Shown: piece by piece, positions 28,029 to 39,077 of the stretch | Position numbering within the stretch: the stretch's first letter is position 1 | How the letters are laid out: each line of letters opens with the position of its first letter | Source of the DNA: Octopus sinensis | Lineage: Eukaryota | DNA length: 64,000 bases | Reading direction: 5' to 3' | Assembly (NCBI RefSeq): GCF_006345805.1 | Contig: NC_043014.1 | Location: 1,364,001-1,428,000, forward strand | The notes under the pieces: model-generated | The model's database searches: none | Told to the model about the DNA's origin: nothing | The model's input: only the letters and a program-made list of their open reading frames with translations | Position numbers and translations under genes: made by a program

Positions 28029-30954
28029 TCATCATCATCGTTTAACGTCCGTTTTCCATGCTAGCATGGGTTGGACGGTTCAACTGGGGTCTGGGAAGCC
28101 AGAAGGCTGCGCCAGGCCCAGTCTGATCTGGCAGTGTTTCTACAGCTGGATGCCCTTCCTAACGCCAACCACTCCGAGGGTGTAGTGGGTGCTTTTTATG
28201 TACCACCTGCACAGGTGACAGACGAGGCTGGCAGACGGCCACAATCGGATGGTGCTTTTTACGTGCCACCGGCACGGGGGCCAGTCGGGGCCGCGCTGGC
28301 AACGGCTACATTCGGATGGTTCTCTTACATGCCACCGGCACTGGTATCTCAGCTACAATTTCCATTGATGTTGAACGATTTCGATTTTCACTTGCCTCAA
28401 CAGGTCTTCACAAGTAGGGTTTGTGTCACAAGAGGTAAAGGTATGCATAAGTGGGCTGGCTACGTCCTAGGTAGAGGCCACGGGTTATGGTCTCACTCGT
28501 CTTGCCGGGTCTTCACACGCACAACATACTTCCAAAGGTCTTGGTCTCTGGTCATTTCCTCGGTGAGACCTAAAGTTCGAAGGTCGTTCTTCACCACCTC
28601 GTCCCAGGTTTTCCTGGGTCTACCTCTTTCACAGGTTCCCTCAACCGCTAGGGTGTGGGACTTTTTCACACAACTATCTTCATCCATTCTCGCTACATGA
28701 CCATACCAGCGCAAACGTCTCTCTTGCACACCACAACTGATGCTGCTTAGGTCCAACTTTTCTCTCAAGGTACTTACACTCTGTCGAGTATGAACACTGA
28801 CATTACACATCCATCGGAGCATACTGGCTTCATTTCTTGCGAGCTTACGCATATCCTCAGCAGTCACGGCCCAAGTTTCACTGCCATGTAGCATGGCTGT
28901 TCGTACACATGCGTCATACAGTCTGCCTTTTATTCTGAGCGAGAGGCCTTTTGTCACCAGTAGAGGTAAAAGCTCTCTGAACTTTGCCCAGGCTATTCTT
29001 ACTCTAGCAGTTACACTTCAGCACACCCGCCCCCGCTACTGACTTGGTCACCTAGGTAACGGAAACTATCAACAATTTCTAGTTTTTCTCCCTGGAATGT
29101 GGCGGGAGTTGGTCTCTGAGCATTTTCAGTGTTTATTGCTCCTGAGCATCTGCCACATACAAAAACTATCTTCCCAGTTAGCCTTCCTTTGACATTGCTG
29201 CACCTCTTATGTGTCCATAGCTTACACTTGGTGCATCTTATAGAGTTTCTACCTACGCCTTTTCTACAGATCGAGCAGGGCCATCTACCTGAAGGCGTTT
29301 GTGATTTGCCTGCCTTCCTACATATTAGGACTTTGGTTTTAGCTAGGTTGATTTTAAGGCCCTTCGATTCTAATCTTTGTCTCCACACTTGAAACTTTGC
29401 CTCTAATTCTGATAGTGACTCAGCAATTAGAGCAAGGTCATCAGCTTATAGGAGCTCCCAGTCTTGAATTCCTTCGTTATTGCCTGGAGGACTATGATAA
29501 ATAGGAGGGGGCTGAGGACTGAACCTTGGTGGACCCCTACCTCTACTCTGAATTCTTTAGTGTACTCGTTGCCAACCCTCACATTACTTACAGCGTCTCT
29601 GTATTGGCTTTCACAGCTCTCACTAACCATTCATCTATCCCTAGTTTCCTCATTGACCACCAGATGAGGGATCGGGGGACCCTGTCAAAGGCTTTCTCCA
29701 TGTCAACGAAAGCCAGGGGCTTATCCTTGGCTAGGTATTTCTTCTGCAGCTGTCTCACCAGAAATATGGCATCAGTGGTGCTTTTTCCTGGCACGAAATC
29801 AAACTGCATCTCATCCAAGCTGACTCTCTCCCTAATCAGTTGGGCTATGACCCTCTCCGTAACCTTCATTACCTGATCCAACAGCTTGATACCTCTGTAA
29901 TTATTTGTATCTAAAGCGTCACCTTTACCTTTGTAGCAGTCGACTATTATGCTGCTACACTAGTCATTGGGTATGACTCCTTCGTGTATCACCTGGTTAA
30001 CTATACGGGTGACTAGGCTATAGCCGACACTACCAGATATTTTAAGCATCTCTGCAGTAATTCCTGATGGGCCTGGGGCTTTCCCTGTCTTCATGCTTCT
30101 AATTGCCTTAACTACTAAGGAACTGTCAATTCGGATAGCTGGTCCCTCTGTTGGGTCGACATTCGGCAGACTCTCTTTATCCCATTCATTTTCCTTATTT
30201 AGCAGCCTCTCATAATGATGTCTCCAAACCTCTCTCTTTGCATCCTCATTCAGCGCAAGTTAGCCATCATCCATGCGAACACATTTCTCTCCTACCACAT
30301 CATGATTCTCTCTCACACACTGTCTTGCAACACGGAAGACCTCAAGTCTTTGGTCCTCACGGCGTAGAACATTGGCAAATTTTTTCTTATCTGCTTCCCC
30401 TCTGGCTAAATAAACCTGTCTCCTAGCTTCTCTTTTGGTAGTCTGATACAATTCCCTGCTACCCCCATTTTTCCAGTCCTTCCAAGCCTGTCTCTTTTCT
30501 CTAATAGCCCTGTCTACAACATTGTTCCACCACCACGTTATTTTGGGTCAGAGGGGACTTTGCACCAGCCACAGATCTGGTCCGTGGCTCTCAGCAGGTT
30601 GTCCCTTAGAGACCTCCAGTTGTCTTCTACCCCGTGTGAAGCTATATCCCCTTCTACTTCGTCAAAGGCTTCAAGTATATGTCCCTAAGTCTCTGTCCAT
30701 TCGCAGGATCTTTAAGCTTCCAGACCCTTCTTCTCCATGTTGGTCGTCTTCTGGTCGTCCTCTTAGTCCTGATCCTAAAGTCACTAACTATCAGTTTATG
30801 TTATGGGGTACATTCTTCGCCTGGGAAGGTTTTGGCATTTATAAGCAGCCATCTTTCCCTTTCCTGGCGAGGATGTAGTCAATTTGGCTGGTATGTCGGC
30901 CCGATCGGTAGGTGACTAGGTGGCTGGTAGGTTTCCTGAAGTTAGTGTTGCAAA
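28029..30954 (-). mobile_element. 5'-truncated, inactivated RTE-type LINE (end of APE endonuclease, RT, PHD-like insert, thumb, 3' UTR, (TGA)n tail)
   Basis: NTNFRKPTSHLVTYRSGRHTSQIDYIL (EN); QFDFVPGKSTTDAIF; AFVDMEKAFDRVPR; GVHQGSVLSPLLF; YADD mutated to ELL*ADDL (TAA at 29448-29446); FRYLG; LRWYGHV; RGRPRKTW. Multiple frameshifts. Confidence 0.93.
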
Positions 30955-32936
30955 CTCCAGCTCTGATTACCTGCCATCACAATCACTATCACCATCCCAT
31001 CCCCCTAACCACCACCACCATCTCCACACCTCCCTATGTTCCTACCAGTTCTCGATTCTGAGACCAATTCTCCACTCTAAATAGCTTCAACACATACACA
31101 CACACACACAAACGTTGCAGAATTTATCTAAAGGCTATGCATGATGGTTCATACAAGAGCGTCTACCTTCAGTTTTGCTGGTGTAATTCATACACACATA
31201 TGTGTGTTTATATACACATGAGTGTGTGCGTGTGTATATGTATGTATGTATACATATACAGAAATTGCAGGTTGGTGTCCGGTGAGCTGACTGACCACTG
31301 GAGGTGAGGCGCCTCTCGAGCTTTTGTTAAAGCATGTCTCTAGGAGAAAGTCACTCTGATATAAAACCAGATATGCAGGGAATGGCATTAACTAGTTTGG
31401 GGACCTTTTGCTCATGCTTGAGACCATGGTACTCTCACCTTCCTAAGCCTGTGACCCATATTGGCACTGGATATCTTGCCCAGGCTTATCTCTGGACATT
31501 GTAAGTAGGGGGGAAGTGGTCTGTTATATGCTGTGCAAGCCATATTGGACTTAAAATTTGAGTTTGTGGAATCGCCAGCAAGGCAATTAGCCGATGTCAG
31601 GTGTAGGAGGCCACATCAGTGAGCATGGAAGTCACAGACATGGAGCTGAGTGAAACTGACTGGTGGGGCATTAAACCTCATATATGAGCACTGCAGGCAA
31701 TTTGCATGGGCAAAGGGCAGGGATGTTCTTCTTTGGTCACGAGTAGACACCAATCATCATTGTGTGTGTGTGTGTCCCACAACCACTTGACAACAAATTT
31801 TGGTTTGTTTACGTCCACATAATTTAGCAGTTCAGCAAAAGAGACTGACAGAATAAGTACCAGGTATTAAAAAAAAATTAAGTGCTCAATGCTTCAAGGC
31901 AGTGCCCCAACATGGCCACAGTCCAATGACTGAAACGAATGGAAAAAAAACCCCACAAAATAATAACACAAAGAAACCAGATAAATTAGATGCTTTTGGA
32001 ATTGGAAAGTCAAAGAAAGGGGAACAAAGAATACAAAGAATAAATAGTTTCTAGATGAAGGCAGGAAGGAAAAAAGGATACTCATGGAAGCCTTCAGGTC
32101 CTTTTCCGTTTCGGTAGGGGAAGAAAAAGAAAAAAAGCTTTGAAGTTGTAGTCGTTTGAAATTGAAATATTTTTTCATTGTTTGTTTTTTTTTTTTTTTT
32201 TCTTATGTTAAAACAATCGTTCCTCTAAATCTGGAAACAGCAATAAGTTGGTTCCCTGTCTATACAAGAGATTGGGAAAATGGTGGGGGAGAGAGAAAGA
32301 GAGAGAAATTCAACATCAACAATGAGCATGAGGTGCGATTTTTATATTTTTTTATTTATTAAATAAATGAAAGACAATAGTTGATAATAACGATGATGAT
32401 GATGATGATGTTGATATACGTTTTCCGAATGTAAAAAAAAACAGTGAAAAGAAAGTGTATTAAATGTTTACAAAAGTGCATAGATAAAACGTCTACATGT
32501 GCATACATGAGAGAGATAGTCTGGTTATATATATAATTTGCATGAAGCATTGTCTGATATATATATAAATGTTCTTTATTTTTTTTTATAAAGCCAAAAT
32601 AATACAAGTTACAAGAAATAATATCAGTTTTAAATGCACATTTATCTTGTATCTCAATATTTCAGCATTAGGAACCCGTCTTTGGAGAAGTCAGCTCTAA
32701 CACCATTTCTCCAAAGATTTCTTGAAGAAGGGGTCTTAACCTCAAAATATTGAAATACAAAATAAAAGTACAAAGCATCAAATTGTATTATTTCTTATAA
32801 CTTATGTTGTTTTAGTTTTATGAAAAACGATTAAACACACACACACACACAGACACACACACACACAAGTAGGCACATAAATGCAAAAGTAGGTCGAAAA
32901 AAAAGTACTCAACTACCAAAGGTAGAGTAATATCCT

Positions 32937-32942
32937 TTTATT
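32937..32942 (-). promoter_or_regulatory. Candidate polyadenylation signal (AATAAA) for MBD4
   Basis: First canonical AATAAA I found on the minus strand after the stop, ~545 nt downstream. Alternatives are ATTAAA at 33028-33023 and AATAAA near 32580. Usage is unknown. Confidence 0.35.
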
Positions 32943-32965
32943 AAAACTGCAAAATTTTCACAAAA

Positions 32966-33000
32966 CAGTTACTCAGAGTTTCACGTTCCCATTTCATCAG
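32966..33000 (-). ncRNA. Minimal type I hammerhead-ribozyme motif, sense to MBD4
   Basis: CUGAUGA-a-AUG GGAA CGU-GAAA-CUC U GAG U-A. Core intact, 3-bp helix II with GGAA loop, palindromic helix III, GUA triplet. Helix I pairing is poor. Confidence 0.55.
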
Positions 33001-33045
33001 AATACTAAATTACAATCGTGATTTTAATTCAGTATCCATCAAAAT

Positions 33046-33081
33046 TGCCTGACGAATGGGAACACGAAACTCTGAGTTGCA
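33046..33081 (+). ncRNA. Minimal type I hammerhead-ribozyme motif, antisense to MBD4
   Basis: UGC-CUGACGA-A UG GGAA CA C-GAAA-CUC U GAG U-U-GCA. All core nucleotides present, helix I UGC/GCA, 2-bp helix II plus an A.C mismatch, GUU triplet. Confidence 0.6.
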
Positions 33082-33108
33082 TGAAAATTTTGCAGCTCTA
33101 TTGAAAGT

Positions 33109-33141
<33 letters not shown>

Positions 33142-33483
33142 CTCACACACATATACAAACACACCATACAACCAGTGCACATGTCCCCACCATATTACAC
33201 GCTTCTGGTAGGCACACCATGCCAACGCCACTCCAAAACTTAAAACTCAACTGCCTTCCAGTTAGCTACACATAACCTAACATGTAGCATTATCATGGAG
33301 GAAGAATCAAAATTATAATCATCATTATCATTATTATTATTATATCACAAAATTCCTAGAAAGCCAAGCTGAAAGTCGACATGGAGGACAGAAGAGGAGC
33401 AGAGGGTTGGGTTGTATTACTCCTGCCAAGTGGAAATGTAAATTCCGATATTCTGGAGACGTGGAGGTATTTTGGATATGTGT

Positions 33484-33558
33484 TTAGATTCCAAGTCGTT
33501 CATGATTGTCCCATAACCATTTATGGTAGTCGTTGAGTTTATGGTCAGTAGGTATCAC
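33484..33558 (-). CDS. MBD4: MBD4 terminal coding exon
   Basis: ctctccacag|GTG ATA CCT...ATC TAA = [24 protein letters not shown], versus human [25 protein letters not shown]. Confidence 0.96.
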   Translation of the reverse strand: MIPTDHKLNDYHKWLWDNHERLGI

Positions 33559-33622
33559 CTGTGGAGAGAGAGAGAGAGAAAAAAACAAAGTGGTTATTAT
33601 GTTTTTATATATATATATACAC

Positions 33623-33790
33623 ATATATGACGGGCTTCTTTCAGTTTCCGTCTACCAAATACACTCACAAGGCTTTGGTCGGCCCGAGGCTATAGTAGAA
33701 GACACTTACCCAAGGTGCCACACAGTGGGAATGAACCTGGAACCATGTGGTTGGTAAGCAAGCTACTTACCACACAGCCACTCCTACGCC
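33623..33790 (-). mobile_element. SINE family A, 5' half
   Basis: Reverse complement of the family A head; it lies ~65 nt into the last MBD4 intron. Confidence 0.85.
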
Positions 33791-33841
33791 TATATATGTG
33801 TGTGTGTGAATATCTATCTATTTATATATGTTATATGTATG

Positions 33842-33871
<30 letters not shown>

Positions 33872-33872
<1 letters not shown>

Positions 33873-35395
33873 CAGCATCATCATTTAGCGTCCGTTCTCC
33901 ATGCTAGCATGGGTTGGACGGTTCAACTGGGGTCTGTGAAGCTGGAAGGCTTCATCAGGCCCAGTCAGATCTGGCAGTGTTTCTACGGCTGGATGCCCTT
34001 CCTAACGCCAACCACTCCGTTGGCTTTTTACGTGCCACCCGCACAGGTGCCAGACAGAGCTGGCAAACGGCCACGAACGGATGGTGCTTTTACATGTCAC
34101 CGGCATGGGGCCAGGCGAGGCTGGCAACGGACACGAACGGATGGTACTTTTACGTACCACCAACACGGGGGCCAGACAGAGCTGGCAAATGGCCACGAAA
34201 TGGATGGTGCTTTTACGTGTCACCGGCACGGGGGCCAGGCGAGGCTGGCAACGGACACGAACGGATGGTGCTTTTACGTACCACCAACACGGGGGCCAGA
34301 CAGAGCTGGCAAACGGCCACGATACGGATGGTGCTTTTACGTGTCACCGGCACGGGGGCCAGGCCAGGCTGGCAACGGACACGAACGGATGGTGCTTTTA
34401 CATGCCAACGACACGGGGGCCAGACAGAGCTGGCAAACGGCCACGAACGTATGGTGCTTTTACGTGTCACCGGCACGGGGGCCAGACAGAGCTGGCAAAC
34501 GGCCACGAATGGATGGTGCTTTTACGTGTCACCGGCACGGGGGCCAGGCCAGGCTGGCAACGAACATGAACGGATGGTGCCACCGACACGGGGGCCAGAC
34601 AGGGCTGTCAAATGGCCACGAACGGATGGTGCTTTTACGTGTCACCTGCACGGGGGCCCTGATGTTGATCGACCTCAATTTGGTTCTGCTTTCTGATATT
34701 TGGTTTGATTTTGATTTTGACTGTTCTCACTGGTCTTGCTGGGTTTTCTCGCACAGCATACTTCCAAAGGTCTCGGTCACTGGTCATTTCCTTGGTGAGA
34801 CCTAAAGTTCGAAGGTCGTGCTTCACCACCTCGACCCAGGTTTTCCTGGGTCTACCTCTTCCACAGGTCCCCTCAACTGCCAGGGTGTGGCACTTTCGCA
34901 CACAACTATCTTCAGCCATTCTCATCACATGACCATACCAGCGCAAATGTCTCTCTTGCACACAACAACTGATGCTTCTAAGGTCCAACTTTTCTCTCAA
35001 GGTACTTACACTCTGTCGTGTATGAACACTGACGTTACACATCCATCGGAGCATATTAGCTTCATTTCTTGCGAGCTTACGCAAATCCTCAGCAGTCACA
35101 GCCCAAGTTTCACTGCCATGTAGCATGGCTGTACGTACACATGCATCATACAGTCTGCCTTTTACTTTGAGCGAGAGGCCTTTTGTCACCAGCAGGGGTA
35201 AGAGCTCTCTAAACTTTGCCCAGGCTATTCTTACTCTAGCAGTTATACTTTCAGCACACCTGCCCCCGCTACTGACTTGGTCACCTAGGTAACGGAAACT
35301 ATCAACTACTTCTAGTTTTTCTCCCTGGAAAGTGACGGAAGTTGGTCTCAGAGCATTTTCAGTGTTTATTGTTCCTGAGCATCTGCCACATCTGC
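33872..35395 (-). mobile_element. 5'-truncated RTE-type LINE with an expanded 3'-UTR tandem array
   Basis: ORF 34635..35432 gives CGRCSGTINTEN...FRYLG...LRWYGHV...RGRPRKTW, followed by the same 3' end as the 28029 copy. Confidence 0.92.
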
Positions 35396-35435
<40 letters not shown>

Positions 35436-35791
35436 AATACATACTGTTGTTAATGCCCTTTATTTACATTTGTTTTTGTGTACCATTTCTCCGTTTTCTT
35501 CCGTCCTTGTTTCTTAAAAAGCAATTAAGGGTTAGCAACAGGAGGAACATTTGGCTGTAAAATGATGCTTCTAAATACCTTGCCCAGGCCTTAACCAACA
35601 TGTGCAACAGTATGGCCGACATCAAGAACATATAACGCAGTTATACCTAGATACACACACACACAGACATCATTTACCTGCTTCCACACTCTTATCAGTC
35701 AGGTGTCCGAAGCAGAGATACAAGCCATGCAAATAACATCTGGATGCATTCTAACATACTACACACACACACACACACGCTCAATATTTAC

Positions 35792-35895
35792 CTGTTTCCA
35801 TTCATTGATACAAAATATTCTGTAAGAATCATTGCCATATTTTCCAATACCATATAATTCATCAGGATATTTCCAGTTCTTCAGACGATATTCCT
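35792..35895 (-). CDS. MBD4: MBD4 exon with the HhH motif and catalytic Asp (104 nt)
   Basis: gcttacag|AG...CAG|gtaaat. Encodes (E)[34 protein letters not shown], versus human [35 protein letters not shown]. Too short for the ORF track; found by reading the minus strand. Confidence 0.97.
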
Positions 35896-35916
35896 CTGTA
35901 AGCAAAAAGAATATAC

Positions 35917-37471
35917 AAGCTATGGACACATAAGAGGTGCAGCAATGTCAAAGGTAGGCTAACTGGGAAGATAGTTTTTGTATGTGGCAGATGCTCGGGA
36001 GCATTAACCTCCGAAAATCTGCAGAAAACAACTTCCGTCACTTTCCAGGGGGAAAAACTAGAAGTAGTTGATAGCTTCCGTTATCTAGGTGACCAAGTCA
36101 GTAGTGGGGGTGGGTGCGCTGAAAGTGTAACTGCTAGAATAAGAATAGCCTGGGCAAAGTTTAGGGAGCTCTTACCTCTGCTGGTGACTAAAGGCCTCTC
36201 GCTCAGAGTAAAAGGCAGACTGTATGATGCGTGTGTACGAACAGCCATGCTACATGGCAGCGAAACATGGGCCGTGACTGCTGAGGACATGCGTAAGCTC
36301 GTGAGGAATGAAGCCAGTATGCTCCGATGGATGTGTAATGTCAGTGTACATACTCGACAGAGCGTTAGCACCTTGAGAGAAATGTTGTACCTAAGAAGCA
36401 TCAGTTGTGGTGTGCAAGAGAGACGATTGCGCTGGTATGGTCATGTGGCGAGAATGGATGAAGATAGGTGTGTGAGAAAGTGCCAATCCCTAGCAGTTGA
36501 GGGAACCCGTGGAAGAGGTAGACCCAGGAAAACCTGGGACGAGGTGGTGAAGCACGACCTTCGAACTTTAGGCCTCACTGAGGAAATGACCAGAGACCGA
36601 GACCTTTGGAAATATTCTGTACGTGAGAAGACCAGGCAGGACAAGTGAGCCCAGCCCACTTATGAATGCCTTTCCTCCCTTGGACACAAAGACCGGTTGA
36701 GGCAAGCGAAGTCGATATAGAACCTAATCCGACGACAGACACCCATGCCAACCCCCCATGCTTGCAAAGACATGTTGGGGCAAGCGAAATCGAAATCGAA
36801 ACCGAATTGAACCAGCCAGGATCCCTGGCCTGGTGGTACGTAAAAAGCACTATCCGACTCGTGGCCGTGGCACGTAAAATACTCCAATGCGACCGTACGA
36901 CAGGCACCCATGCCAACCCCCTTTGCTTGTGAAGACATGTTGGGGCAAGCGAAATCGAAATCGAATTGAACCAGCCAGGATCCCTGGTCTGGTGGTACGT
37001 AAAAAGCACTATCCGACTCGTGGCCGTGGCACGTAAAATACTCCAATGCGACCGTACGACAGGCACCCATGCCAACCCCCTTTGCTTGTGAAGACATGTT
37101 GGGGCAAGCGAAATCGAAATCGAATTGAACCAGCCAGATCCCTGGTCTGGTGGTACGTAAAAAGCACTATCCGACTCGTGGCCGATGCCAGCACCGCCTC
37201 GACTGGCTTCCGTGCCGGTGGCACATAAAATACACCAATCTGACCGTGGCCGTTGCCAGCCCCGCCTGGCACCTGTGCAGGTGGCACGTAAAAAGCACCC
37301 ACTACACTCACGGAGTGGTTGGTGTTAGGAAGGGTATCTAGCTGTAGAAACATTGCCAGATAAGACCGGAGCCTGGTGCAGCCTTCTGGCTTCCAGATCC
37401 CCGGTCGAACCGTCCAACCCATGCTAGCATGGAGAACGGACGTTAAACGACGATGATGATGATGATGATGA
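35917..37471 (+). mobile_element. 5'-truncated RTE-type LINE, inverted relative to 33872-35395
   Basis: Starts at KLWTHKRC (35917). ORF 36184..36648 is the thumb region. The 3' end is CCATGCTAGCATGG...CGTTAAACGA(TGA)n. Confidence 0.92.
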
Positions 37472-37924
37472 CACACATAAATACTTTTATTAATATACAT
37501 ACATTTACATACACACTCACGACAGTGGTGTCACTTAATTAAAAAATACTGATAATTAAACATTCATTATTTGTTTATTTAATCAGTTAATCACTAAGAA
37601 ATCAAATTAAATATGTGTGTGTGTGTGGTGAGGGGTGAAGGTACATGGCCCAGTGGCTGGGGTGTTGCACTCACAATCTAAAGATCCTGGGTTTGATTCC
37701 TGGACAAGTGACAAGTTGTGCTCTTGAGCAAAACCCTCCAATTCATATTGCCCCAGTCTACCTAGCTGTAAATGGGTCACCCCGTGATGGACTAACTTAC
37801 TGACAGAGTGGAATGTTGGCCTGCTCACCTAACCAGTAGAGTGGCAACATTCAAAAGCTAAAATGATGAAAGCGCATTGTGACCAGCAATGTATAACAAC
37901 ATTCAATAGTCTGGTTGATCACAA

Positions 37925-38095
37925 TACAAACACACATGTATTTCTTTTATTTGCTTCAGACAATTGACTGTGGCCATGCATTTAGTCGAACAAATCAACC
38001 CCACGATTTATTCTTTGCAAGTCTATCGGCCTTTGTTACGAAACCACTAAATTATGGGGACAAACACAGACACATACATACATACACAGACAAAC

Positions 38096-38158
<63 letters not shown>

Positions 38159-38345
38159 AATATATATATATACACACATGATGGGCTTCTTTCAGTTTCC
38201 GTCTACCAAATCCACTCACAAGGCTTTGGTCAAACTGAGGTTATAATAGAAGACACTTGCCCAAGGTGCCATGCAGTGGGACTGAACCCAGAACCATGTG
38301 GTTAGGAAGCAATCTTCTTACCACACAGCCTCACCTACGCCTATA
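37925..38345 (-). mobile_element. SINE family A, near full length and decayed
   Basis: Reverse-complement head at 38180-38345 and tail at 37925-38075. A decayed tRNA-type SINE precedes it on plus (37635-37925). Confidence 0.75.
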
Positions 38346-38629
38346 TATTCAAATTTTTAAAGACACTATAGTGTTAAAGAACACAACATACTTCAAAGCT
38401 GCACAAGAGTGACAGATACCAAGAATATTTCATGGCTGTTCCCACTCCTCGGTGCTTTTGAAACAAATTGAGACAGCTGGACAGAAGTATGAATACACAG
38501 AGTAAAAAATCTATTTGCTGATGTGCAAAAGTATCGCACAAGTAAAACAAAATTCAAGTTTTGCATTAGGAACAGCTCAATAATGTGAACATTATATCAG
38601 TATGACATACTTAATGTATGGTCCAAAAC

Positions 38630-38810
38630 TGTACCAGAAGAAAAAAAGACAGAGGCAGGTGAAGGAACAAACAGGGTGGATTAGCTTGACACTTGGGGAG
38701 AAATGGAAGCAGTCTTTTATGTTTTGAGCCTTTGCTCTTCTTCAGAACGAGATGAGGAAAGAAAACAGATGGCGAAAGAAGAAACAAAAAATGGAGAGAA
38801 AAGAATGTCT
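38630..38810 (-). mobile_element. Penelope-like terminal-repeat fragment with an inactivated hammerhead core
   Basis: Minus 38745-38712 reads CTGAAGA-a-GAGCaaagGCTC-AAAAC-ata-aaagac. Homologous to 15085-15260. Confidence 0.5.
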
Positions 38811-38927
38811 GGATTAAGGGTTGCAGTATGTGTGTTAAATGCTACAAAGCTTCATGATTTCATCTTAGGGAGATCCCTTTAAAAACATTTGGTGTCAAAA
38901 AGATAGTTTCATTCTTTGGCATTTTAC

Positions 38928-39077
38928 CTGAAAATCGGATGATTATCTTGGAGCGTTTTTCATTAAGACCAAGTGGAGTTATCAAACGTGCTATTTCTTG
39001 CCAATTAGCTTTTCTTGTGGTATCAGCATCAGGGTAGAGATCAAAGAATTTCCACAACAAAGGAATCGCAGCTTTGC
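38928..39077 (-). CDS. MBD4: MBD4 exon (glycosylase helical region)
   Basis: ctgtccag|GC...TCA G|gtaaaa. Encodes KAAIPLLWKFFDLYPDADTTRKANWQEIARLITPLGLNEKRSKIIIRFS, homologous to MBD4 KMAIPVLWKFLEKYP...LLKPLGL..RAKTIVKFS. Confidence 0.96.
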
